Assembly: GCA_001767955.1 (NCBI GenBank)
Contig: MEMO01000031.1
Span: forward strand, 50,647-109,039
DNA length: 58,393 bases
Reading direction: 5' to 3'
Source: Alphaproteobacteria bacterium RIFCSPLOWO2_01_FULL_40_26
GTDB taxonomy: Bacteria; Pseudomonadota; Alphaproteobacteria; Rickettsiales; UBA1997
Under the pieces are notes generated by a model. The model was not told where the DNA came from. It saw only the letters and a program-made list of their open reading frames with translations, and did not search any database. Every line of letters starts with the position of its first letter. Position 1 is the stretch's first letter. Shown here piece by piece: positions 32,634 to 42,095 of the stretch. Made by a program: the position numbers and the translations under genes.

Positions 32634-34624
32634 GTCAGTTTGAAATAAAAGGTGCGGCCAACTTCGGTCTTTCTGTTGTAAAGAGCGGACTTGAATTCCT
32701 GATGACGCTGATCGAATAAATTTTGAATGCCGAGACTTAAATCAAGATTATCGGTGGCGAGATAGCCAAGTCTGGTATCGAATCTTAAATAGGAAGGAAG
32801 GCCTTTGGCACCATGAGTTGAACCGGCTTCGGGAAGATTATCGACATACATTGCCATATTGTCGAATTGGAGTTCGGGGGTGAGATTGTAGAAGGATTTT
32901 AGTTTTAGCTGGTGTTGGGGAGTTTGGCCTTCGGTCATTTCCAAAGCATCTCTTTGTCCCCTATAACTCAAACGATCTGTTGAATTGTCGCTGATATGCA
33001 AATCAATATGAACAAAATCATAACTTGCTTCCAATTTTAATCTATTGGTTGCCTGCCATTTGCCATTGATTTCGAAGCCGTAAGATTCGCCGAAACCGAG
33101 ATTTGCGGTTGTTGGTATTGTGTTATCTGGACCAGTAGCTTCGTAGGTTCGTAGCTTTGAATAATCATCGTAGAAAATTGTAGCATCAATTAAAGTTCTT
33201 TGAGTTGGTCTTACTCTATATCCAATCTCGTAAGATATCAGTTGCTCTGATTCATAAGTGGTACTGCCTCTACTTAAAGTATCAGCTTTATTTGTAATCT
33301 TGAGATCAAGACTCCCACCTTCTCCCATGGTTGGAGTTCTAACCGATCTTGAAATCGCCGCCCAAACAGTTTGGTTTGGAGTTGGATAATAAGATAATCT
33401 GGCATTTGGCTGATATTCAAAACCGGTGAGGTCATTATGTTCAAATTTTGAGCCGATAGTTAGATATAATTCATCTGGAATTAGGCCAATTCTATCTTGA
33501 ATGAAGGCGGTAAAAAGCTGGTCATTTTCATGATTAGAAGAGTAATAAATCGGAATTGCGCCATTTGCAGTAGTACCAAAATCTCTATCATAAATTATCT
33601 GCCTATAACCAACTCCCCAAATGAATTTATTATTTTTGGATAAGTCGTAGAAGTGCTGAAAATCGACATCGAAAATTTTTTCGTCTATCTGAAGAATTGG
33701 AACATCAATTTTGTTATAGGTAAAATAACTGCGTAGGTTAAGATTTGATTTTTTAGAAATTCTATTTTCCCAACTAGCCATAATATTTCCACCGGTGGTC
33801 GAAATATTATTTTTCTTCGGATTATCCAATTGCGTAAAATAATTCTGCGCCACATTGTGAAAAACATCGCCATGAATCGATAAACTTCCATCGTCAAAAG
33901 TTTTTGTATCGTAGCGGAAGCCGGACATTTCAGTTCTTAAGCCATCATCATTTCTGGTTTTGGTGTCATATCTATCTACTCCATCCCTTAATACTCTTTT
34001 AGCATAAAGACGGTAATAATCCTTACCGGCAACTTCTCCTCCATATCTTGCCTCTGTAATTGACTGATCTTGATTACCAACAATTTGCGAAACATAAGCG
34101 CCGCTGGTTTTAATTGCGCTTTTGGTGATGATATTAATTACACCATTAACCGCCCCAGCCCCCCAAATGGCGCCACCGGAACCTCTGATTACTTCGATGC
34201 GATCGATGTCTTCAAGAACATAATCGTAGATATGCCATGGCACACCAAATAACGGGCTGTAAATTGTTCTGCCATCAATCAGAACCAGAATTCTATTGGA
34301 ATATTGGCGGTTAAAACCGCGAATAGTTATAGCATAGCTATGGCCATTAAGACGCGAAACCTGCACCCCCGGCACCAAACGCAAAGCTTCGGGAATTGAA
34401 GTAGCGCCAGATCTTCTGATTTCTTCCGAGCTTAAAACATAAACAGCCGATGGTAAATCAAAGGCATTTTCTCTCTTTTTTGATAGGGAAAAAATTGGTA
34501 AAGACTCAAATTCTTTTAAAATATCATTGATTGGCTTTGAATCATTTTTGGTATCCTGTTTGGAATGTGCAGTCGCACAGGAAAGAAAAAGCAATATGAC
34601 AACTGCGTTTATAATCTTTGTCAT
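32621..34624 (-). CDS. TonB-dependent outer-membrane receptor, copy 1
   Basis: 667 aa. Signal peptide, plug (..IRRSGATSIPEALRLVPGVQVSR..ITIRGFN..LVLIDGR..), a long beta-barrel and a terminal ..FYFKLTWQY aromatic residue. No FecA-type N-terminal extension. Confidence 0.9.
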   Translation of the reverse strand: MTKIINAVVILLFLSCATAHSKQDTKNDSKPINDILKEFESLPIFSLSKKRENAFDLPSAVYVLSSEEIRRSGATSIPEALRLVPGVQVSRLNGHSYAITIRGFNRQYSNRILVLIDGRTIYSPLFGVPWHIYDYVLEDIDRIEVIRGSGGAIWGAGAVNGVINIITKSAIKTSGAYVSQIVGNQDQSITEARYGGEVAGKDYYRLYAKRVLRDGVDRYDTKTRNDDGLRTEMSGFRYDTKTFDDGSLSIHGDVFHNVAQNYFTQLDNPKKNNISTTGGNIMASWENRISKKSNLNLRSYFTYNKIDVPILQIDEKIFDVDFQHFYDLSKNNKFIWGVGYRQIIYDRDFGTTANGAIPIYYSSNHENDQLFTAFIQDRIGLIPDELYLTIGSKFEHNDLTGFEYQPNARLSYYPTPNQTVWAAISRSVRTPTMGEGGSLDLKITNKADTLSRGSTTYESEQLISYEIGYRVRPTQRTLIDATIFYDDYSKLRTYEATGPDNTIPTTANLGFGESYGFEINGKWQATNRLKLEASYDFVHIDLHISDNSTDRLSYRGQRDALEMTEGQTPQHQLKLKSFYNLTPELQFDNMAMYVDNLPEAGSTHGAKGLPSYLRFDTRLGYLATDNLDLSLGIQNLFDQRHQEFKSALYNRKTEVGRTFYFKLTWQY

Positions 34625-34663
34625 GAGTTTCCTTGTTTAACCCAAATAATACACATTCTATCA

Positions 34664-35012
34664 ACGCCAATTCCGGATAAGAACCTGCCTAAATTTTTCT
34701 CGATCTACTCCCCTCTCCCCTTGTGGGAGAGGGTTGGGGTGAGGGGTAAATTTTAAAACATCAATTCAGAAATTTTGGAAAGAATCGATTAAAAAAGTTA
34801 ATACCCCTCACCCTAACCCTCTCCCACAAGGGGAGAGGGAACTAATCGAGATTGGCTTGATGCCTTATCCGGAATTGGCGTTATCAAAAATTTACCCCTC
34901 ACCCCAACCATCAGACACAAGGAGGAAGGGAAAACCGAGGTTACGACGCCAAAAACGTGTGTTTAGCACGTCTTCTTCCCTCTTGCGTACGAGGCTGGTG
35001 GTGGGTAACAAT
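34664..35012. repeat. Large palindromic repeats of the ccctctccccttgtgggagaggg / ggggtgaggggt type (family F)
   Basis: 34664-34881 is a ~218-bp inverted repeat (acgccaattccggataag...cttatccggaattggcgt) with internal hairpins. A second, more degenerate inverted pair lies at about 34886-35012. Its translation gives the spurious PLPLWERVGVRG peptide. Confidence 0.85.
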
Positions 35013-35116
35013 TTCTAAAAGTTTTAAACCTTTTTCTCAAATAGCGCGACAAGCAAGACAGGAGTTATATTTCTTAAGCGTTATTGAAGCAATTAAGCAT
35101 TTAACTCATCCCAAAT

Positions 35117-35503
35117 TTAACTCATCCCAAGCAGCTCTTCATTGATAAAATCAAGCACATAGCGGAATTCATCTCTGATTTCTTGCAGCATTGCCTTTTT
35201 TTCTTCCGCAGTGGCATCTTGACGTTTTTGCGCCTTTTCTAAAGCTTTGGCAAGATCAAAAGCGCCAATCGAAGCGGAAGCTCCTTTGAAAGCATGCGTT
35301 GCCATGTACCACCCATTATTATCGTTATTATTAATGCATTCCTGCATTCTCACCATATTGCGATGGGCATTTTCACAAAAAATATTCAGCAACTCTTTTT
35401 CAAATTGCTTATCGCCATCAATGATGCCATGCAGAAAAGTGGCATCAACCCCAACTTTGTAGGTTGGAATGGTAGTGGTAGTTTTATTATCGTTTTTATT
35501 CAT
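35117..35503 (-). CDS. Stand-alone Hpt (histidine phosphotransfer) protein
   Basis: 128 aa. ..MATHAFKGASASIGAFDLAKALEKAQ.. carries the H.lKGsa..lGa phosphohistidine motif of Hpt domains. Confidence 0.8.
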   Translation of the reverse strand: MNKNDNKTTTTIPTYKVGVDATFLHGIIDGDKQFEKELLNIFCENAHRNMVRMQECINNNDNNGWYMATHAFKGASASIGAFDLAKALEKAQKRQDATAEEKKAMLQEIRDEFRYVLDFINEELLGMS

Positions 35504-35518
35504 AGCTTAAAATTTAGG

Positions 35519-35983
35519 TTAGTTAATAACCAAAGTCACAAATGTTGAATTTAGCTTGACGCTAAAATCTTTTGCGGTTTTGGAGTTCATTGTGATTTCA
35601 AAATCACGACGTCCCAACTCAACTCGGAAAGTGCCGCCACCTTCAACAAAATTGTCAAAAACGGCGATGGTTGGAATTCTTTTTTTGTTAAATTTATCAA
35701 CTTCAATACGGAAGATTTTTTTAATGTCCTGTGCCAAATAGACCACTTTACAATGGTCATATTTTTTTGGGTTAACATCAATATTGTCGTTAACAAAAAA
35801 TTTAGAAACTTCATCACCACCAACAATACAAAATATTTTATTTTTTTCAGTTTCAGCGCTATTGGCCATTTTCTGAATAAAGACGGCATAAGCTTTTGCT
35901 TCGTCATAACCGGCAATTTCTGCCAACGCATTGCAAGCAAAAAAGATAACAAAAAAAAAATAAAAAATTACGTAACGCATCAA
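35519..35983 (-). CDS. YfiR-like periplasmic protein (DUF4154 family), copy 2
   Basis: 154 aa. Signal peptide ..FACNALA. ..IFCIVGGDEV.., ..CKVVYLAQ.. and ..IPTIAVFDNFVEGGGTFRVELGRRDFEITMNSKTAKDFSVKLNSTFVTL. Paralog of 32118-32633. Confidence 0.7.
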   Translation of the reverse strand: MMRYVIFYFFFVIFFACNALAEIAGYDEAKAYAVFIQKMANSAETEKNKIFCIVGGDEVSKFFVNDNIDVNPKKYDHCKVVYLAQDIKKIFRIEVDKFNKKRIPTIAVFDNFVEGGGTFRVELGRRDFEITMNSKTAKDFSVKLNSTFVTLVIN

Positions 35984-36016
35984 AACTCTTTCGCCCTAGA
36001 AGTTTGTTTTCAAACT

Positions 36017-37996
36017 CTAGTATTGCCAAACCAGTTTAAAATAAAATGTTCGGCCAATTTCGGTTCGTCTATTGTAAAGAGCTTTCTTAAATTCCGAGTG
36101 ACGTTGATCAAGTAAATTTTGAATGCCAAAACTCAAATCAATGTTTCGCGTTGGAAGATATCCTAATCTAGTATCAAATCTGAAATAAGAAGAAATACCT
36201 CTATTGCCAATCGTCTCACCAGAAGCGCTTGGTAGATTGTCAGCATAGTACAAGATATTATCAAACTCAATCTTTGGGGTAATGTTATAGAAAGATCTGA
36301 ATTTTATCTGATTCTGTGGAGATTGGTCTTCTGCCATTTCTAATCTATCACGGATACCAACTATCGTAGCATTTTGATCAGTAGAATTATCACTAATGTG
36401 TAAATTTGATTTTAAATATTCATAACTCGCTTCCAACTTCCAATCACTATTCACCTGCCATTTACCATTTATTTCAAAACCATATGTTTCACCATGACCA
36501 AGATTTTGAGCGGTTGGACCGCTACCAGTCTGCTCAAATGTTCTTAGTTTTGAATAATCGTTATAAAATGTTGTGGCATCAATTATGAGTTTGGGGTTTG
36601 GTTTAATTCTATAGCCGAGTTCATATGCTAATAAATTCTCCGATTCATATGTGTCGCTTCCTCTATTAATTGTTATGGAAGTATTGTCTGCTTTTAAATC
36701 AATATCATCTTCTGCTCTAGTGGGAGTTCTAACAGCTCGAGAAGCTGATGTCCAAATAGTCTGGTTGCGCGTTGGATAATATGCTAACCTAGCATTTGGC
36801 TGATATTCAAAACCGGTAAAATCATTTTTTTCAAATTTAGAACCGAGCGTTAAGTACAAACTTGGCGTAAGCTCCATTTTGTCTTGGATAAAAGCTGTAA
36901 ATAATTGATCATTTCTTTTATCAGGAGAATAATTAATCGGAATAGACCCGTTTAGGGTTGTACTTTCTACTATATTGTCCTCTATCTGCCTGTAACCAAT
37001 ACCCCAAATGAAATCATTACCTTTAGAAAAATTGTAGAAATGCTGAAAATCAATATCTAAAGTTTTGGCACTTCTTTCTAAAACTGGAATATCAAATTTA
37101 TCATAGTCCAAATAGGTATTTAACATTATACTTGATTTATTTGATATCTTTTTACTCCAATTAGCTATTATGTTGGCCCCAACCGACTCTTTATCATTTC
37201 GATTAGGATTATTAAGGGAGGTAAAGAAATTTTGCGCTTTACCACTAAACACATCACCATAAATCGATAAAGCATTATCCTTAACTGATGTCATATCATA
37301 CCTAAAACCAGCCCTCTCCTGTTTATTACCATCACGATTTTCAAACTTATTGTCGTATTGATCAAGACCTCCTCTCACTGATTTTTTAGCATATAATCTG
37401 TAACTATCTTTATTAAAATTTTCACCACCATAACGTACTTCGGTAATAGACCTATCTTGATTTCCAACAATCTGAGAAAAATACACACCTTGTGTCTGAG
37501 CAGAATTTTTGGTAATAATATTAATTATACCATTAACAGCATTTGCACCCCAAACTGTTCCTCCTGGACCTCTGACAACCTCTATTCTGTCGATATCTTC
37601 AATGACATAATCATGAATATCCCAAGCTACACCGGAAAAAAGAGTGGTATAAACAGTTCTGCCATCAATCATTACCAATAATTTATTGGAAAACTGACGG
37701 TTAAAACCACGAATTGTAATAGCATATGTATGACCATTCATCCTTGATACTTGAACTCCTGGAATTAAACGTAATATTTCAGGGATAGAAGTAGCGCCAG
37801 ATCTCCTAATATCTTCAGATGATAAGACATACGTTGCGGACGGCGCATCAAAAGCGCTTTCTTTCTTTTTTGACAATGAAAAAATTTGCGGATCAAAACC
37901 AAATTCATCTTCTTCCGCGCCTTTATTTGCAGCATGTGCTGAACCTAATAACAGAAAAAACAGAAGTAAAAGTGATCTTGATATTATTCTAATCAT
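36017..37996 (-). CDS. TonB-dependent outer-membrane receptor, copy 2
   Basis: 659 aa, colinear with copy 1 (for example IRRSGATSIPEILRLIPGVQVSRMNGHTYAITIRGFNRQFSN.. and the terminal GRTFYFKLVWQY). Confidence 0.9.
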   Translation of the reverse strand: MIRIISRSLLLLFFLLLGSAHAANKGAEEDEFGFDPQIFSLSKKKESAFDAPSATYVLSSEDIRRSGATSIPEILRLIPGVQVSRMNGHTYAITIRGFNRQFSNKLLVMIDGRTVYTTLFSGVAWDIHDYVIEDIDRIEVVRGPGGTVWGANAVNGIINIITKNSAQTQGVYFSQIVGNQDRSITEVRYGGENFNKDSYRLYAKKSVRGGLDQYDNKFENRDGNKQERAGFRYDMTSVKDNALSIYGDVFSGKAQNFFTSLNNPNRNDKESVGANIIANWSKKISNKSSIMLNTYLDYDKFDIPVLERSAKTLDIDFQHFYNFSKGNDFIWGIGYRQIEDNIVESTTLNGSIPINYSPDKRNDQLFTAFIQDKMELTPSLYLTLGSKFEKNDFTGFEYQPNARLAYYPTRNQTIWTSASRAVRTPTRAEDDIDLKADNTSITINRGSDTYESENLLAYELGYRIKPNPKLIIDATTFYNDYSKLRTFEQTGSGPTAQNLGHGETYGFEINGKWQVNSDWKLEASYEYLKSNLHISDNSTDQNATIVGIRDRLEMAEDQSPQNQIKFRSFYNITPKIEFDNILYYADNLPSASGETIGNRGISSYFRFDTRLGYLPTRNIDLSFGIQNLLDQRHSEFKKALYNRRTEIGRTFYFKLVWQY

Positions 37997-38004
37997 AAAA
38001 GTCC

Positions 38005-38844
38005 TTATTTAAGTCGAGAATACATAGGAAACATAGAGGCAAAATTATATGTTGTCTTCTGTTTCCATGGATAATTGATAAATATTTCTACATCATATCC
38101 GAGCTTTCTCAATGTCTTACGATCACTTCTGCACACAGCTGCAACGGCAACTGCACAGACATATTGACAACCTTGTAGCACAGATTCTTTAAATGCCATA
38201 TCCATCATTAAAGTTGCAATTTTTGTATCCCTTTTACCACTTTTCACAACAAGAGCAGAAATTTCTCCTATTATTAGATCATTTCTACAATCATATTTTG
38301 CAATTAGTTTTTTATATTCAAATTGAGTTCCGGGAATTTCATTAGATAAATATTGACATTTATTTGAAAACATGACGCGTATACCACCTATTACCTCGTT
38401 ATCTTCAATAGCAACAATAACTCTTCCGTTGGTATCATGTTGACTTTCTGACCCATCATAATTTTGCCATCCATTTTCATTGCAATAAGTTTCGTGACGC
38501 AAATTGTAATACTCTTTCAAAAATTTTTTATCCTTCGTAAAAAACACTTCAACCTCGCTATACTGCTTTTGCCTAGTTTCTGGAAAATCAATTATTAGAG
38601 GTTGGTTGCGCGGATTAAAATCATCAGCTACTACATTTTCTAGCAAATTATCTACCGCCAAGTCAGATTTATTTTTATTAAAATTGAGCTTACCAAGAAA
38701 ATCAAACTGACTTGCACCAGAACCAGCATGTTTGTTTAACCCATAACCATACACTTTCCCTTTACTAATCAGCACCACCCCTTCAACATCCAAACAACTC
38801 GGGCTGCTTCCTACCATTTCAGACTTAAATGGCACATTCTCCAT
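38005..38844 (-). CDS. GNAT-fold N-acyltransferase, LuxI/FeeM-like (putative N-acyl signal synthase) with a ~100-aa unknown N-terminal region
   Basis: 279 aa. The C-terminal ~170 aa show ..YYNLRHETYCNENGW.. (compare R..VF...LGW of autoinducer and N-acyl amino acid synthases). They also show SESQHD.., VIGGIRVM and GEISALVV (compare E.SR), followed by a GNAT-like helix. Confidence 0.55.
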   Translation of the reverse strand: MENVPFKSEMVGSSPSCLDVEGVVLISKGKVYGYGLNKHAGSGASQFDFLGKLNFNKNKSDLAVDNLLENVVADDFNPRNQPLIIDFPETRQKQYSEVEVFFTKDKKFLKEYYNLRHETYCNENGWQNYDGSESQHDTNGRVIVAIEDNEVIGGIRVMFSNKCQYLSNEIPGTQFEYKKLIAKYDCRNDLIIGEISALVVKSGKRDTKIATLMMDMAFKESVLQGCQYVCAVAVAAVCRSDRKTLRKLGYDVEIFINYPWKQKTTYNFASMFPMYSRLK

Positions 38845-39034
38845 AAAACCTCCTAAATTTTAAAACCAAAAACCATTTGACACCGCTTGGTCGCAAAATA
38901 AAAAGCGCGCAAACTTATGTCATTTGTTCATGCACAAAAGCACCTGTCCCAAAAAGAGACAATGGTTAAAATGGCTTAATTTCAGGCGAAAATTGATCTG
39001 TCTCAAAATGATACAGCAATGTTAACCATTTAGC

Positions 39035-41875
39035 ATGCTTAATTTAAAACCAAAGATCGCAATTCTACGAAAAAAGATAAAAAGCCTTATCTTCGCCAAA
39101 GTCAGCAGATTCTTCTATTACCTCGCAATATTACTTTTCGGACGCAACGAATATTACCATAATAAAATCACCCAACGCAGCAAAATTGATCCGACTTATC
39201 CGGCACGTTTCAGAAAGCTTCGCAAAAGATATGAGAAAATTTTCGGCGTTCGCGTCAATGTGAAGAATGTTGATTTGAGGCACTCTTATAACATTCTTTC
39301 TCGCGTTATCTTTGGCCTGATATTTTTTTGGAGCCTGATAAATCTGTTCATGGTCTGCCTCAATTTTTATCAAACCACTATTTATAAGATTAAAGTCCAA
39401 AGCAGTGTAATTGAGAAAGGTGTTACCACCTTGATCAGCTCGATCAATAGTCATCTGAATTACATGGGAGATCGTCTGCTGGTTCTAGGACAACAGGATG
39501 ACATGCGCATTATCGCCAAATTTCTGGCAAGAGTACAAAATAGAGACATAGACCGTCTCAATGTAGCTTCATGGCTGATGATTGATTTTGTAGTTGACGA
39601 AGAAATTGTTGCCACGCGCAAAGAGGGATTATTGAAAAAACCACATGATTTATCTGACCCCTATAAATTAACGGTAAGAGCAGCTGTAAACAAAGCCTGG
39701 TCAATGAAAATCGGTAGCAAATCACGATTTGAAAATGAAATCACCGCTTTCGACATGTTCCCAGTTGCTCTCTACATTGACACCGATGATTTCAAACCAA
39801 TAGGCAGCTTTGTCACACAATTGCCATTTGATGTAATCCAACGACAAATAGATTGGGTTTTCAATGATGAAGCTATCTGCTTCATACTCATCGACAAAGA
39901 TCAGAATTTAATTGCCAATTCAGAAAGTTTCCTACGCGAAAATTATGACAAAACAAAAATACAAAAAAGCGGACAAGTTGGATATATCGACGATTTCTAC
40001 ACTTATCCAAGCGTGGCACAGCCTTTGCCAAAAAATATCGGTCTTGGCGGATGCCACTTTACCCATTTCATCAAATCCGATGAATATAAGCTAGCCATAC
40101 TAACCGGATATCCGGTTGGAAAAGCCATCAAAAATCTGCTATTCCAACTGCTGGTAACATCGGGACAGGCTTTGGGAGTGGCCGGAATTTTTGCGGTTAC
40201 GCTTCATTTCTTTCGCAACATCAGAATTAATCCCTTTCTGCGCGAACTGGTGCTTGCAAAAGAAGGTGCCGAAGCGGCGAACGTTGCCAAAAGCCAGTTT
40301 TTGCGCAATATGTCGCATGAAATCAGAACACCGATGAATGGTGTAATCGGCATGAGTCAGGCTTTGCGCGATTCAGGAAAACTGGAGGCAGAAGAGCTCG
40401 ATCAGGCTGAAACCATATATCGTTCGGCTGATGCTCTCATGGTGATTTTAAATGATATTCTAAATTTTTCCAAAATCGAAGCGCGAAAAATTACCATTGA
40501 GAATGTAAATTTTAACCTGTGCGATCTGGTTGAAGATGTGGCAGAGCTGATGTCTGGTAATGCCAACAGCAAAAATATCGAAATTATCACCTACATTGAT
40601 AAAGCAATTCCACCTTCCGTGATCTGCGATCCGTCAAGAATAAGACAGGTGATGACCAATCTGATCAACAATGCTATTAAATTCACCTATCACGGACAGA
40701 TTTTTGTTGAGATTCTGCTTGAAAGAACAGAAGGCGATAAACTTTTTGTCAATTTCAACATCAAAGACAGTGGTATTGGCATTCCGCAGGAAAAATTGCC
40801 ATCAATGTTTTCCGCCTTTACCCAGGTTGATATGTCAACTACACGCAGATTCGGCGGCACTGGACTTGGCCTTTCAATTTGCAAAGAACTGGTTGAATTA
40901 ATAGATGGCGAAATCGGAGTAAAAAGCAGTCAAGGTGAAGGATCAAATTTCTGGTTCACCATTCCGATGAAAAAATCGAACATCATCGAACCGAATATTT
41001 ACGAACAACAAAAGCAGGAAATTGCCGGCAGAAAAATTGCCTTCGTTGAAAACAGTAAAACTTCAGCATGGGTTTTCGGAGAATTTTTTGACAATCTGCA
41101 ACTTAGAACCAGCTTAGTCGCAGTATCGCAAGATATCATAAAGATAACAGACATAGCAAAATCAGTAGTTAAACAGCTGGAAAAACTGGAAGACATAAAC
41201 GCAATTCTGGTCAGCAATAACATTTATCTCGGTATGGATGCTATTGTGGTTGTGGAGCATATCAAACAAAGTGAGAAACTCAAAAATATCCCGCTGATAT
41301 TGATGATGTCATTTCATGAAAAAATCCATGTTCCGCAGGAAAAACTCAAACTCTTCAACCGCATCGTAATCAAACCGGCAAGAAGAAGTCGCCTGATGTT
41401 GGCATTGTTCTTCGTGCTCAAAATCACCTATTATGAAGAAGAAGGATCTCTGATTGAAAAAGGTGAAGTTAAAGAAGAAAAGCTTGAGCGCAAAGGCATG
41501 AAAGTTTTGCTCTGTGAAGATAACGAAGTGAATATGAAAGTTGCTCTAACAATTTTGCGACGCTTCGGATTTATCATCGAGACCGCTGAAGATGGTCAGG
41601 AAGCCGTCAATAAATTCATCCACAATCGCTTCGATTTTATTTTGATGGATTGCATGATGCCGATAATGGATGGCTTTGAAGCAACGAAAAAAATCCGCGA
41701 GCTCGAAAAGAAAAATGAAAACAAAAAATCAATACTGATTTTTGCCCTAACTGCCAATGCCGGCAACGATGATCGCGACAAATGCCTTAACGCCGGAATG
41801 AATGATTTCATGTCAAAACCAATTAAACGCGAATCAGTAGAAGAGTTGCTTGGTAAGTGGTTTGGAACCAGTTGA
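39035..41875 (+). CDS. Hybrid sensor histidine kinase (TM - periplasmic domain - TM - HisKA - HATPase - degenerate REC-like - REC)
   Basis: 946 aa. H-box [17 protein letters not shown]-box [11 protein letters not shown]-boxes DSGIGI / GGTGLGLSI, and a C-terminal receiver [34 protein letters not shown]. Two TM segments bracket a ~270-aa extracytoplasmic region. Confidence 0.9.
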   Translation: MLNLKPKIAILRKKIKSLIFAKVSRFFYYLAILLFGRNEYYHNKITQRSKIDPTYPARFRKLRKRYEKIFGVRVNVKNVDLRHSYNILSRVIFGLIFFWSLINLFMVCLNFYQTTIYKIKVQSSVIEKGVTTLISSINSHLNYMGDRLLVLGQQDDMRIIAKFLARVQNRDIDRLNVASWLMIDFVVDEEIVATRKEGLLKKPHDLSDPYKLTVRAAVNKAWSMKIGSKSRFENEITAFDMFPVALYIDTDDFKPIGSFVTQLPFDVIQRQIDWVFNDEAICFILIDKDQNLIANSESFLRENYDKTKIQKSGQVGYIDDFYTYPSVAQPLPKNIGLGGCHFTHFIKSDEYKLAILTGYPVGKAIKNLLFQLLVTSGQALGVAGIFAVTLHFFRNIRINPFLRELVLAKEGAEAANVAKSQFLRNMSHEIRTPMNGVIGMSQALRDSGKLEAEELDQAETIYRSADALMVILNDILNFSKIEARKITIENVNFNLCDLVEDVAELMSGNANSKNIEIITYIDKAIPPSVICDPSRIRQVMTNLINNAIKFTYHGQIFVEILLERTEGDKLFVNFNIKDSGIGIPQEKLPSMFSAFTQVDMSTTRRFGGTGLGLSICKELVELIDGEIGVKSSQGEGSNFWFTIPMKKSNIIEPNIYEQQKQEIAGRKIAFVENSKTSAWVFGEFFDNLQLRTSLVAVSQDIIKITDIAKSVVKQLEKLEDINAILVSNNIYLGMDAIVVVEHIKQSEKLKNIPLILMMSFHEKIHVPQEKLKLFNRIVIKPARRSRLMLALFFVLKITYYEEEGSLIEKGEVKEEKLERKGMKVLLCEDNEVNMKVALTILRRFGFIIETAEDGQEAVNKFIHNRFDFILMDCMMPIMDGFEATKKIRELEKKNENKKSILIFALTANAGNDDRDKCLNAGMNDFMSKPIKRESVEELLGKWFGTS

Positions 41876-41877
41876 TG

Positions 41878-41928
41878 TTCGTGCTCCGTGCTCCGTGGTT
41901 TTAAAATTACCGAAGCACGATGCACGAA
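41878..41928. repeat. Heptad hairpin, AGCACGA type (degenerate), just after the kinase stop
   Basis: ttcgtgctccgtgctccgtgg - ttttaaaatta - ccgaagcacgatgcacgaa. Confidence 0.8.
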
Positions 41929-41933
41929 ATTTG

Positions 41934-42079
41934 GGTTGTTATCAAAAATATTGTGTCTCTAAAAATAGATCCTGAAACAAGTTCAGGATGACATGTTTTG
42001 GAACCATCTTTCCCTAATTGTCATCCTGAACTTGTTTCAGGATCTATTTTTTCTGGACACAAAATTTTAAGAACAATCC
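41934..42079. repeat. Family B nested palindromic element (~146 bp), copy B1
   Basis: ggttgttatcaaaaatattgtgtc..gatcctgaaacaagttcaggatgaca..tgtcatcctgaacttgtttcaggatc..gacacaaaattttaagaacaatcc. Nearly identical to 54996-55140. Confidence 0.92.
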
Positions 42080-42095
42080 TTTTTTAGACAGGTTC

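Noticed and set aside
34565-34756. Track ORFs within repeats, such as 34565-34756 (..SPLPLWERVGVRGKF), 4937-5128 and 21815-22035.
   Set aside because: They are encoded by palindromic or heptad repeats. The PLPLWERVGVRG-type peptide is a familiar artefact of translating this kind of repeat.
32621-37996. The TonB-dependent receptors as FecA-type transducers working with an ECF sigma / anti-sigma pair.
   Set aside because: The mature N-termini go almost directly into the plug domain, with no ~80-aa signalling extension. No sigma or anti-sigma genes are nearby.
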